NCBI RefSeq assembly: GCF_902713615.1
Contig: NW_024055437.1
Location: 310,001 to 361,625, forward strand
DNA: 51,625 bases
Direction: 5' to 3'
Source: Scyliorhinus canicula
Lineage: Eukaryota
The notes under the pieces are model-generated. The model was not told the origin of the DNA. It did no database searches and worked only from the letters and a program-made list of their open reading frames with translations. This document shows, piece after piece, positions 35,701 to 47,170 of the stretch (position 1 is the stretch's first letter; every line of letters starts with the position of its first letter). Both the position numbers and the translations under genes were made by a program.

Positions 35701-38350
35701 CCCCCCGCTCTCTGCCCCTTCCCCCCCCCCCCCGCTCTCTGCCCCTTCCCCCCCCCCGCTCTCTGTCCCTTCCCCCCCACCCTCCCCACCCCGGCTCCCT
35801 GCCCCTCCCCCCCGGCACTCTGCCCCTCCCCCCCCTCCCCGCTCTCTGCCCCTTCCCCCCCCCGGCTCTCTGCCCATCCCCCCCTCCGGTTCTCTGCCCC
35901 CCCCCGGTTCTCTGCCCCCACCCGGCTCTCTGCCCCACCGGCTCTCTGCCCCTACCCCTCCCCGGCTCTCTGCCCCTCCCCCCCCCCCCAGCTCTCTGCA
36001 CCTTCCCCCCCGGCTCTCTGCCCCTTCCCCCCACGGCTCTCTGCCACTTCCCCCCCCCCCCACCCCGGCTCTCTGACACTTCCCCTTCCCCTCTCTGCCC
36101 CTTCCCCACCCCCGCTCTCCTGCCCCTTCCCCACCCCCGCTCTCTGCTCCTTCCCCACCCCGCTCTCTACCCCTTCCCCCCCCGCTCTCTACCCCTTCCC
36201 CCCCCCTCTCCCCCTTCCCCCCCTCTCTACCCCTTCCCCCCCTCTCTACCCCTTCCCCCCCTCTCTACCCCTTCCCCCCTCTCTGCCCCTCCCCCCCTCT
36301 CTGCCCCTCCCCCCCTCTACCCCTTCCCCCCCCTCTCTGCCCCTTCCTCCCCCCTCTCTACCCCTACCCCCCCCTCTCTACCCTTCCCCCCTCCTCTCTG
36401 CCCCTTCCCCCCCGCTACTCTGCCCCTTCCCCCCCGCTCTCTGCCCCTTCCCCCCACCCCGCTCTCTGCCCCTTCCCCCCCGCTCTCTGCCCCTTCCCCC
36501 CCGCTCTCTGCCCCTTCCCCCCCCCGCTCTCTGCCCCTTCCCCCCCCGCTCTCTGCCCCTTCCCCCCCTCCCTCTCTGCCCCTTCCCCCCTCCCTCTCTG
36601 CCCCTCCCCCCCCTCCCTCTCTGCCCCTTCCCCCCCTCCCTCTCTGCCCCTTCCCCCCCTCCCTCTCTGCCCCTTCACCCCCTCCCTCTCTGCCCCTTCC
36701 CCCCCCCCGCTCTCTGCCCCTCCCCTCCCTCTCTGCCCCTTCCCCCCCCTCGCTCTCTGCCCCTCCCCTCGCGCTCTCTGCCCCTCCCCTCGCTCTCTGC
36801 CCCTCCCCTCGCGCTCTCTGCCCCTCCCCTCGCGCTCTCTGCCCCTCCCCCCCCCCGCTCTCTGCCCCTCCCCCCCCCCCCGCTCTCTGCCCCTCCCCAC
36901 CCCCCCGCTCTCTGCCCCTTCCCCCCCCGGTTCTCTGCCCCTTCGCCCCCGGCTCTCTGCTCCTCCCCCCCCCCGCTCCGTGCCCTTTCCTCGGCTCTCT
37001 GCCCCTCCCCCCCCGGCTCTCTGACCCTTCTCCCCCCCCCCCCCCCCGGCTCTCTGCCTCTTCCCCTCTCCACCCCCCCCCCCCCCGGCTCTCTGCCTCT
37101 CCCCCCCCCCCGGCTCTCTGCCCCATCCCCCCCCCCCCGCTCTCTGCCCCTTCCCCTCCCCCCCCCCCCCACCCGCTCTCTGCCTCCCCCCCCCCCCCGG
37201 CTCTCTGCACCTCCCCGCCCCGGCTCTCTGCACCTCCCCCCCCCGATCCCTGCCCCTTCCCCCCCCCTCTCTGCCCCTTCCCCTCCCCCACCCCCCCCCC
37301 CTTTCTGCCCCTTCCCCTCCCCCACCCCCCACCCGCTCTCTGCCTCCCCCCCCCCGGCTCTCTGCACCTCCCCCCCATCCCTGCCCCTTCCCCCCCCCCC
37401 GGCTCTCTGCCCCTTTCCCCCCCCCCAGCTCTCTGCCCCTCCCCCCGGCTCTCTGCCCCCCCCCCCGGCTCTCTGCCCCCCCCCCCAGGCTCTCTGCCCC
37501 TTCCCCCGCTCCGGCTCTCTGCCCCTTCCCCCTCCCCCCCCGCTCTCTGCCCCTTCCCCCCCCGCTCTCTGCCCCTTCCCCCCCCCGGCTCTCTGCCCCC
37601 CCCTCCCTGCGCCTTCCCCCCCCCCGCTCCCTGCCCCTTCCCCCCCCGTTCCCTACCCCCCCCGGCTCTCTGCCCCTTCCCCCCCCCCCCCCGCTCTCTG
37701 CCCCTCCCCCCCCCCCCCGGCTCTCTGCCCCCCCCCCCCAGGCTCTCTGCCCCTACCCGCCCCCCGGCTCTCTGCCCCTTCCCCCCCCCGGCTCTCTGCC
37801 CATTCCCCCCCCCCCCGGCTGGGCTCTCTGCCCCTCCCCCCCCCCGGCTCTCTGCCCTTCCCCCCCGGCTCTCTGCCCCTCCCCCCGGCTCTCTGCCCCT
37901 TCCCCCCCCCCCGGCTCTCTGCCCCTTCCACCCCCCCCCCCGGCTCTCTGCCCCTCCCCCCCCTCTCTGTCCCTTCCCCCCACCCCCCCCGGCTCCCTGC
38001 CCCTCCCCCCCCCCGGCTCTCTGCCCCTCCCCCGCCCGGCTCTCTGCCCCTTTCCCCAGCTCTCCTCCCCTTCCCCCCCCCCCTCCCCGCTCTCTGCCCC
38101 TCCCCCCCCGGTTCTCTGCCCCTTCCCCCCCGGCTCTCTGCTCCTCCCCCCCCACCCCGGCTCCGTGCCCTTTCCTCGGCTCTCTGCCCCTTCTCCCCCC
38201 CCCCCCCGCTCTCTGCCACTCCCCCCCCCCTCCCTGCGCCTTCCCCCCCCCCCGCTCCCTGCCCCTTCCCCCCCGTTCCCTGCCCCTCCCCCCCGGCTCC
38301 CTGCCCCTCCCCCCCGGCTCTCTGCCCCTTCCCCCCCGCTCTCTGCGCAT
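32780..38350. repeat. 5.6-kb polypyrimidine/polypurine minisatellite, unit about 19-22 bp
   Basis: Plus (C/G)GCTCTCTGCCCCTTC(C)n; IgM sense strand (G)nGAAGGGGCAGAGAGC; diverged copies at both edges. Confidence 0.97.
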
Positions 38351-38481
38351 TGCCCCGGCTCTCTGCTCCTTCCCCGGGCAATCCATGATTCTTTCCAGCT
38401 TTCTGGTATTTTCTACGGCTCTCTGTACGTTCCCCTGCATCTCTGCCCTTTCGCCGCATCTATGTGCTTTCCCCCAGACTC

Positions 38482-38895
38482 TGGGCGCGATGCTCCGCAC
38501 TCACAACGGGTCGGAGAATAGCGGGCGGCACAAATTTTTACGGCGACGCTGGTCCGACGCCCTCCCTCTATTCCCCCCACCCCCCCACCCCCCAACACGA
38601 TCGCGGGCAGCGGGTACTTAACCCGCGCACTCTTTGTTACTCCGCCTCCCGGCTGGATCAGTCCGCGGGGCGGCTGAGGGGCATAACGGTCCACGCATGC
38701 GCGGTTTTCACGCATATGTGTCGCTAACTTTGGCGCGCGGGCTTAGCGAAATTCGTTAAGCCTGCGATGCCGGAGTTCACGGGGCCGCGATGCTAGCCCT
38801 GACCGGCGGGGGGGGGGGGGGGGGGTGAATCGGGTCCTGGTAACGGGCGTTAAGGCTTCCGTGAAACACGGAGCATTTGCAGAGAATCGCGCCCA
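38482..38895. mobile_element. CpG-rich non-autonomous TIR element (MITE-like)
   Basis: 14-bp inverted ends TGGGCGCGATGCTC (38482-95) and GAGAATCGCGCCCA (38882-95), 13/14 match; no clear TSD. Confidence 0.65.
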
Positions 38896-39029
38896 TTATC
38901 TTTTCGCCGCCTCTTTGTCTTCTCCCCCGCCCCAGCGCTTTCTCTTGGCTCCGGCGCCTTTCCCTGGCTCTCGCCACTCCCGTGGTATGATCCACATTCG
39001 CTCCCTTGCCCATTTCCTGAGCAGATTGA

Positions 39030-42000
39030 GAGAGGAGAGTGACTAACTGAGAGAGGGTAGGAGAGTGAGTGCGGGTGAGTGAGTAACTGAGTGAGGGGAG
39101 GAGAGTGAGTGCGGGTGAGTGAGTAACTGAGTGAGGGTAGGTGTGTGAGTGCGGGTGAGTGACTAACTGAGAGAGGGTAGGAGAGTCAGTGTGGGTGAGT
39201 GAGTAACTGAGTGAGGGTAGGAGAGTGAGTGTGAGTGAGGCTGTGTGAGTGAGGCTGTGTGAGTGAGGGGAGTGAGTGAGGGTGTGTGAGTGAGGGGGTG
39301 TGAGTGAGCTTGTGTGAGTGAGGAGAGTGAGTGAGGGTGTATGAGTGAATGAGGGTATGAGTGAGGAGAGTGAGTGAGTGTGTGTGAGTCAGTGAGGGTG
39401 TGTGAGTGAGAGGGTGTGAGTGAGGTTGTGTGAGTGAGGAGAGTGAATCAGGGTGTGTGAGTGAGTGAGGGTGTGAGTGAGTGAGGGTGTTAGGGTGGAT
39501 GAATCAGGGTGTATGAGTGAGGAGAGTGAGTGAGTGAGGGTGTGAGGGTGTTAGGGTGGGGGGATCAGGGTCTGTGAGTGAGGGTGGGGGAATCAGGTTG
39601 TGTGAGTGAGAGTGTGTGAGTGAGGGTGTGTGAGTCAGTGAGGGTGTGTGAGTGAGGGTGTGTGAGTGAGGGTGTGTGAGTCAGTAAGGGTGTGTGAGTG
39701 AGGGGGTGTGAGTGAGGGTGTGTGAGTCTGAGGGTGCGTGAGTGAGGGTGTGTGAGTGAGGGTGTGTGAGTCAGTGAGGGTGTGTGAGTGAGGGGGTGTG
39801 AGTGAGGTTGTGTGAGTGAGGGGAGTGGGTGAGCGAGTGTGTGTTAGTCAGTGAGGGTGTGTGAGTGAGGGGGTGTGAGTGAGTGAGGGTGTTACGTGGA
39901 TGAATCAGGGTGTGTGAGTGAGGGGAGTAAGTCAGTGAGGGTGTTAGGGTGGGGGAATCAGGGTGTGTGAGTGAGGGGAGTGAGTGAGTGTGTGTGAGTC
40001 AGTGAGGGTGTGTGAGTGAGGGGGTGTGAGTGAGCTTGTGTGAGTGAGGAGAGTGAGTGAGGGTGTGTGTGTGAGTGAGTGTGTGAGTGAGGGGAGTAAG
40101 TGAGTGTGTGTGAGTCAGTGAGAGGGTGTGAGTGAGGTTGTGTGAGTGAGAGTGTGTGAGTGAGGGTGTGTGAGTGAGGGTGTGTGAGTGAGGGTGTGTG
40201 AGTGAGGGTGTGTGAGTGAGGGTGTGTGAGTGAGGGTGTGTGAGTGAGGGTGTGTGAGTGAGGGTGTGTGAGTGAGGGTGTGTGAGTGAGTGAGGGTGGA
40301 TGGGTGATTAAGTGAGGGTGAGTGAGGATGGGTTATTGGTTGAGCTGAGAGATTGAATGAGGATGAGTGAGGGTAGGTGTATGAGGCTGAGTGAGGGTCG
40401 GTGAGTGGGTGGGTTAATGAATGAAGACGAGTGAGGGTCGGTAGGTGAGTGAATGTGGCTGAGAGAATGAGGATGGGTGAGTAAATAAGGTTGGGCGAGC
40501 GAGGAAGAGTGAGTGAGGGTGTGTGGGTGAGTGAGGATGAATGAGGGTGGGTGATGAGGGTTGTGTGAAGGTGTGTGACTGAGGGTGAATGAGTGAGGGT
40601 GACTGAGTGAGGTTGTGTGACTGAGGGTTAGTGAGGATGTGTGAGGGTGGGTGTGTGAGGCTGAGTGAGTGAGGGTGGGTGAGTGAATCAGTGTCAGTAA
40701 CTAAGATGGAATGAGGGTGTGTGAATGAATGCGGCTGAATGAGAGTGGGCAATTTATGTTGGGCTAGCAAGTGTGAGTCAATGAGTGTGAGAGAGTGATG
40801 GTGAGTGAGGGTATTATAGTCAGTGAGGGTGTTATAGTGAGTGAGGTTTGTTGAGTGAGTGAGGTTGTGTGAGTGAGGAGAGTGAGTGTATGTGAGTCAG
40901 TGAGGGTGTATGAGTGAGGGGGTGTGAGTGAAGTTGTGTGAGTGAGGAGAGTGAGTGAGGGTGTGTGAGTGAGTGGGGCGTGAGTGAGTGAGGGTGTTAG
41001 GGTGGGGGAATCGGGGTGTGTGTGTGAGGGTGTTAGCGTGGGTTAATGAGGGTGTGTGAGTGTGGGGGTGTGAGTGAGGGTGTTAGGGTGGGTGAATCAG
41101 GGTTTGTGAGTGAGGGTGTGTGTATGAGGGAGTCTGAGTGAGGGTCAGTGAGGGTGGGTGAGTGAGGGTGTGTGAGTGAATGTGAGTGAGTGAGGGTGAG
41201 TGAGGGACAGTAGGTGAGTGAGGGAGATGCAGGGAGTGTCATGAGTGTGTGTGAGTGAGTGTGTGTGAGTGAGGATGTGTGAATGAGTGTGAGTGAGTGA
41301 GGCTGGGTGAGTGAGGCTGGATGAGTGAGGGTGGGTGAGTTAGTGAGGCTGGGTGAGTGAGGGTGGATGAGTGAGGGTGGGTGTGTTAGTGAGGGTGTGT
41401 GAGTGAGCGAGGGTGGGTGAGTGAGCGAGGGTGGGTGAGGGTGGATGAGTGAGGGTGGCTGAGTGAGGGTGGATGAGTGAGGGTGGACGAGTGAGGGTGG
41501 ACGAGTGAGGGAGTGGTGGATGAGGGAGAGTAGGTGAATGTGGGAGGTTCAGGGAGTGGATGAGTGCGCGTGAATGAGGGTGTGCGAGTGAGGGTGTGTG
41601 AGTGAGGATGTGCGAGTGAGGGTGTGTGAGTGAGGGTGTGTGAGTGAGGGTGTGTGAGTGAGGGTGTGTGAGTGAGGGTGTGTGAGTGAGTGTGTGTGAG
41701 TGAGGGTGTGTGAGTGAGGGTGTGTGAGTGAGGCTGTGTGAGTGAGGGTGTGTGAGTGAGGCTGTGTGAGTGAGGCTGTGTGAGTGAGGGTGTGTGAGTG
41801 AGACTGTGTGAGTGAGGTTGTGTGAGTGAGGCTGTGTGAGTGAGGGTGGGTGAGTGAGGCTGTGTGAGTGAGGGTGTGTGAGTGAGGGTGTGTGAGTGAG
41901 GGTGGGTGAGTGAGGGTGGGTGGGTGGGTGAGTGAGGGTGGGTGAGTGAGGGTGGGTGAGTGAGGGTGTGTGAGTGAGTGAGGGTGAGTGAGGGACAGTA

Positions 42001-43205
42001 GGTGAGTGAGGGAGATGCAGGGAGTGTCATGAGTGTGTGTGAGTGAGTGTGTGTGAGTGAGGATGTGTGAATGAGTGTGAGTGAGTGAGGCTGGGTGAGT
42101 GAGGCTGGATGAGTGAGGGTGGGTGAGTTAGTGAGGCTGGGTGAGTGAGGGTGGATGAGTGAGGGTGGGTGTGTTAGTGAGGGTGTGTGAGTGAGCGAGG
42201 GTGGGTGAGTGAGCGAGGGTGGGTGAGGGTGGATGAGTGAGGGTGGCTGAGTGAGGGTGGATGAGTGAGGGTGGACGAGTGAGGGAGTGGTGGGTGAGGG
42301 AGAGTAGGTGAATGTGGGAGGTTCAGGGGGTGGATGAGTGCGCGTGAGTGAGGGTGTGTGAGTGAGGGTGTGTGAGTGAGGGTGTGTGAGTGAGGGTGGG
42401 TGAGTGAGGGTGGATGGGTGAGGGTGGGTGAGTGAGGGTGGGTGAGTGAGGGTGTGTGAGTGAGGCTGTGTGAGTGAGGCTGTGTGAGTGAGGCTGTGTG
42501 AGTGAGGATGTGTGAGTGAGGCTGTGTGAGTGAGTCTGGGTGAGTGAGGGTGGGTGAGTGAAGGTGGGTGAGTGAGGGTGTGTGAGTGAGGGTGGGTGAG
42601 TGAGGCTGTGTGAGTGAGGGTGGGTGAGTGAGGGTGTGTGAGTGAGGGTGTGTGAGTGAGGGTGTGTGAGTGAGGGTGGATGAGTGAGGGTGGGAGAGTG
42701 AGCGAGGGTGGGAGAGTGAGCGAGGGTGGGTGAGTGAGCGAGGGTGAGTGAGGGTGGATGAGTGAGGGTGGCTGAGTGAGGGTGGATGAATTAGTGAAGG
42801 TGCTTGAGTGAGGGAGTGGTGGGTGTGGGAGAGTAGGTGAATGTGGGAGATTCAGGGGGTGGTGAGTGCGTGTGAGTGAGGATGTGCGAGTGAGGGTGTG
42901 TGAGTGAGGGTGTGTGAGTGAGGATGTGCGAGTGAGGGTGTGTGAGTGAGGGTGGGTGAGTGAGGATGTGCGAGTGAGGGTGTGTGAGTGAGGGTGTGTG
43001 AGTGAGGGTTGTGTGAGTGAGGGTGGGTGTGAGGGTGTGGTAGTGAGAGTCGGTGAGTGAGGGAGATTCAGGGAGGGTGGTGAGTTTGTGTGAGTGAGTG
43101 TGTGTGAGTGAGGATGTGTGAGTGAGGGTGGATGAGTGAGGATGTGTGAGTGAGGGTGGAGTAGTGAGGGTGTGGGCGTGACTGAGGTTGAGTGAGTGAG
43201 GGCGA
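39030..43205. repeat. 4.2-kb G/T-rich array, core unit GAGTGAGGGTGTGT (14 bp) with variants
   Basis: Direct reading; begins with about 40-bp units; contains an internal duplication with about 790-bp period (41195 and 41985). Confidence 0.95.
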
Positions 43206-43399
43206 GTGACCGTGATGATCATTCCCAGATACTCCCAGCCCATTTGGACGATGTTTCCCTGGATGAGGTTCCGCTCAGGCTCAGCTTCCTGTTGCCTGTT
43301 GTCCACAGCCGAGCTGGGGGCTCGTCCATTCGGCCCCACCACCCCCACCTCCTCCTCTTCCTCTCCATCCATCCTGTCCTGATTCTCCACATTGATCAG

Positions 43400-43658
43400 C
43401 TTTCAGTAACACCGGCTGTGTACAGTCAGACAGCAGTGTAGATCACTGGGCAGCTGCTTTAATACTTTCAGTAACACGGGCTGTGTAAAGTCAGACAGCA
43501 GTGTAGCTCACTGGGCAGCTGCTTTAATACTTTCAGTAACACGGGCTGTGTATAGTCAGACAGCAGTGTAGATCACTGGGCAGCTGCTTTAATACTTTCA
43601 GTAACACGGGCTGTGTACAGTCAGACAGCAGTGTAGACCACTGGGCAGCTGCTTTAAT
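43400..43658. repeat. 65-bp tandem repeat x4
   Basis: Copies start at 43400, 43465, 43530, 43595; unit CTTTCAGTAACACGGGCTGTGTACAGTCAGACAGCAGTGTAGATCACTGGGCAGCTGCTTTAATA. Confidence 0.95.
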
Positions 43659-43779
43659 GTCGGTGTGATTTCATTTTGCCAAAACAATTCGGAACTGGAA
43701 CAATGAACATTCCTGTAACTTAATAGATTTACATTTTGAAAATGGCAATTTCAGGCTGTAAAATTATTGTCAAATTATA

Positions 43780-44105
43780 GAACATAGAACAGTACAGCAC
43801 AGAACAGGCCCTTCATGTTGTGCCGAGTCATGATCACCCTACTCAAACCCACGTATCCACCCTATACCCGTAACCCAACAACCCCCTCCTTAACCTTACT
43901 TTAATTAGGACACTACGGGCAATTTAGCATGGCCAATCCACCTAACCCGCACATCTTTGGACTGTGGGAGGAAACCGGAGCACCCGGAGGAAACCCACGC
44001 ACACAGGGGGAGGACGTGCAGACTCCACACAGACAGTGACCCAGCCGGGAATCGAACCTGGGATCCTGGAGCTGTGAAGCATTTATGCTAACCACCATGC
44101 TACCC
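43780..44105 (-). mobile_element. Full-length HE1-type SINE
   Basis: Head, V-domain and ATAGAACATAGAACAGTACAGCAC tail in reverse complement. Confidence 0.9.
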
Positions 44106-44119
44106 TGCTGCCCTATGTC

Positions 44120-45295
44120 AGAGTGTTTTCTTCATTCTTGTGATGTAGAAGTCTCTGGCTGTGCCAGCATTTACTTCCCACCTCTCATTGCCCTTGAGAA
44201 GGTGGTGGTGAGTTTCATTCTTCTACCACTGCAGTCTATGTGGTGTTTGGGAGGCAGCACCAGAATTTTGAATCATGGACAGTGAAGGAACAGTGTGATA
44301 TTTTGAGGTCACGATAGTGAGAGGCTGGATGGAGAAATTCCAGTTGGTGATGTTCCAATGTGTCTGCTGTCCTTGTCCAGATGGCAGCTGTTGTGAGTTT
44401 TGAAGGTGCTGCCTAAGGAGCCATGACGAGTTTCTGCAGAGCATGTTGTAGGTGGTAAACACTGATGCGACTGTTCCTCAGTGGTGGAGGGAGGGAGTGG
44501 TGGTCGATGGTGTGACAATTAAGCGGGCTACTTCTGTGTCGTTGGAGTTGCATTCATTCAGACAAGTGGAGAGCATTCCATTACACACTTGAATCGTGCC
44601 TTGCAGATGGTGGCCATGATATGGAGCTGCCGGCGTTGGACTGGGGTGAGCACAGTAAGAAGTCTCACTCAGGTGACTCACCTGATGAAGGAGCTGCGCT
44701 CCGAAAGCTAGGGGATTCCAAACAAACCTGTTGGACTTTAACCTGGTGTTGCAGATGGTGGACAGGATTTGGGGCATCAGGAGGTGTTTTTGATGCAGAA
44801 TTCCGAGTCTCTGACCTGTTGTCACAGCCACACAGTGTATATGGTTGGTCCAGTTCAGTTTCTGGTCAATGGTCAGCAGGGGATTCAGCGATGGTAATTC
44901 CATTGAATGGCATTGGGGTGATCGTTCGATCTTCGCTTCTTTGAGATGTCCATTGCGTGCACTTGTCTGGTATGAATGTTACTTTCCCCTTGTCAGCCCA
45001 AGCCTGGATATAGTCCAGATCTTGCTGCATTTAGCAATGGACTGCTTCAGTAACTGCGGAGTCGTGAATGGTGCTGAACATCGTGCAATGATCAGCCAAA
45101 ATCCCCACCTGACTTTTGGAAGGTCATTGCTGAAGCAGCTAAAGATGGTGGGGCCGACACTGAGGAACCCCTGCGGTGATGTCCTGGAACTGAGGTGATT
45201 GACCTCCAAAAACCGAAACCATCTTCCTTTCCGCTCGGTATGACTCAAACCAGCGGGGAATTTCCCCCCGATTCCCATTGACTCCAGTTTTTTTT
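44120..45295 (-). mobile_element. CR1-type LINE, RT C-terminal part and 3' UTR
   Basis: VGPTIFSCFSNDLP (GVPQGSVLGP block); 3' tail shared with the DeuSINE copies; a further same-family tail at about 47180-47430 (+). Confidence 0.85.
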
Positions 45296-45349
45296 GGGCT
45301 CCTTGATGCAACACTGGTTCAAATGTTGCCTTGACGTCACGAACAGTCA

Positions 45350-47170
45350 CTCTCAGCTGTCCGTGTGTTCTTGTATGTGTGTCCCTGTGTGCGTGTTCCT
45401 AGGTGTTAATTGTGTATGTGTGTGTGAGCGTGTGTCCGTTCCCGTGTGTGTGTATCCCTCTGTATCCCTGTGTACGTGTTCCTCGGTGTTCATTTTGTCT
45501 GTGAGCGTGTGTGTCTGTTCCTGTTTGTGTGCTGCTGTGAAATGAAAATGAAATGAAAATCACTTATTGTCACGAGTAGGCTTCAAATGAAGTTACTGTG
45601 AAAAGCCCCTAGTCGCCACATTCCGGCGCCTGTTCGGGGAGGCTGTTACGGGAATCGAACCGTGCTGCTGGCCTGCTTGCAAAGCCAGTGATTTAGCCCT
45701 GTGCTAAACAGCCCCTAACAGTGTGTGTGTGTGTTTTCTTGCTTGTGTGTATGTTGCTGTGTTGCGTCTCTGAGTGTAAGTGTTTGTGAACATATGTGTG
45801 TGTTCCTGTGTGTCTCTTTGTGTGTGTTCCTCTGTGTGTGTGAGAGAGAGACAGAGTACGTGTATGTATGTGAGATAGGTGTTAGAGGGATAATAAAATA
45901 ATGTGCAAGGGAGAGTTTCTGTGTGAATGTGTGTGAGGGGATGTGTGTGTGAGATTTTGTGTGTGAGTGAGAGAGGCAATGTGTGTGAGAGTGTGTGGAA
46001 ATGGGAGATTGTGTGCGTGAGTTCGAGATAGGGTGTGTATGATTGTGTGTGAGAGAGATGAGAGAGCATGTGGGTGTGTACCTAAGACAGTGAGAGAGAG
46101 ACCACGTGTGTCAGAGAGAGACAGAATGTGGGGGCGCGTTTGTGTGTTTCTGAAAACGGATGATAGAGTATGCCAAATAACATGTGTGCTTGAGTGAAAG
46201 AAAATGAGTTTACGAGATATGTATGTACTATTGTTTGTGTGAGAGAAATAAGTGCTTGTGTGAGTATGTGTGTGTTTGTGTATGAGAGTGTTCATGTGCG
46301 AAAGAGAGAGATTGTGTGAGAGAGACACGGGACACAGTGTGCAAGAGAGAGAGAGCAGGTGAGAGAATGTATGTGTGTGACAGGGTGCGTGTGTGTGTCT
46401 GTGGGAGTGTTTGTGAGAGAAAGGGAGAGAGATAGTATGTTTGAGATTGTGTGTGTGAAAGAAGGAATGATTCTGTTTGAAGAGGATTATGGATGTGAGA
46501 CTGTGAGAGAGATCTGTGTGTCTGAGATAGTGTGTCGGTGATAGAGAGGGAGTGTGTGAGAGAAAGAATGTGCGTATGAGAGTGTGTGTATCAGAGAGAG
46601 AGGGAATGTGAGAGAGAGTGTGAGATACTGCATGCCTGAAAGAGAGAGATAGATTGTTTGCCAGAGAGAGAGAATGAGACAGTGTCCACGAGAGAGAGAG
46701 AGAGAGGGCATGTGCCAGGGTGCACGTGTGAGAGTGCGTGAGAGCGAGAGAATGAGAGGATAATAATATGTTGGCGAGTTTGTGTGCGCCTGAGATATTG
46801 TGTATGTGTATATAGGAGGGAATGTGTGTGAGAGAGAGCATGAAAGAGAAAATGCGGTGTTTGAAGAGCGATTCTGCATGTGTGTGAGGGAGAGAGAGGG
46901 TCTGTGTGTTTGAGCGTGGGTGTGAGAGAGGTAAGGTGAATCAGAGAGATTTGGTGAAAGAGAGTGCGTGTGAGTGAGAGCGCGTGTGAGCGAATGTGTG
47001 TGCGAGAGAGGCAGATCGTCACAGTGTGTCTGAGAGTGAGACTGTGAGAGAGTCATTGTGTGTTACGCACAGTGTGTATGTTTGAAAGAAGTATTGTGAT
47101 TATGTGTGTGAGAGAATGAGTTTGTGTGAGGATGCGAGAGAATGTGTGTGAGAGAGTGAGAGTGTGTATG
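45350..47170. repeat. Degenerate (GT)n/(GA)n low-complexity tract with a SINE at about 45540-45715
   Basis: Direct reading. Confidence 0.85.

Noticed and set aside
32555-38621. 1999-aa and other long Pro-rich or Gly/Arg-rich ORFs on both strands
   Set aside because: The minisatellite unit cannot form stop codons, so all frames are open; no domain, splice or codon evidence
43400-43658. CRISPR-like appearance of the 65-bp, 39-bp (8255) and 29-bp (31765) repeats
   Set aside because: Head-to-tail with no unique spacers, in eukaryotic DNA
17130-45715. tRNA-like A/B-box sequences
   Set aside because: Each continues into a SINE body and tail; not tRNA genes
40414-47056. His/Thr/Ser-rich minus-strand ORFs (THPHSLT..., MENQDRMDGEEEEE...)
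   Set aside because: Translations of GT/GA arrays; the short non-repetitive 43200-43390 part gave no family I could recognise with confidence
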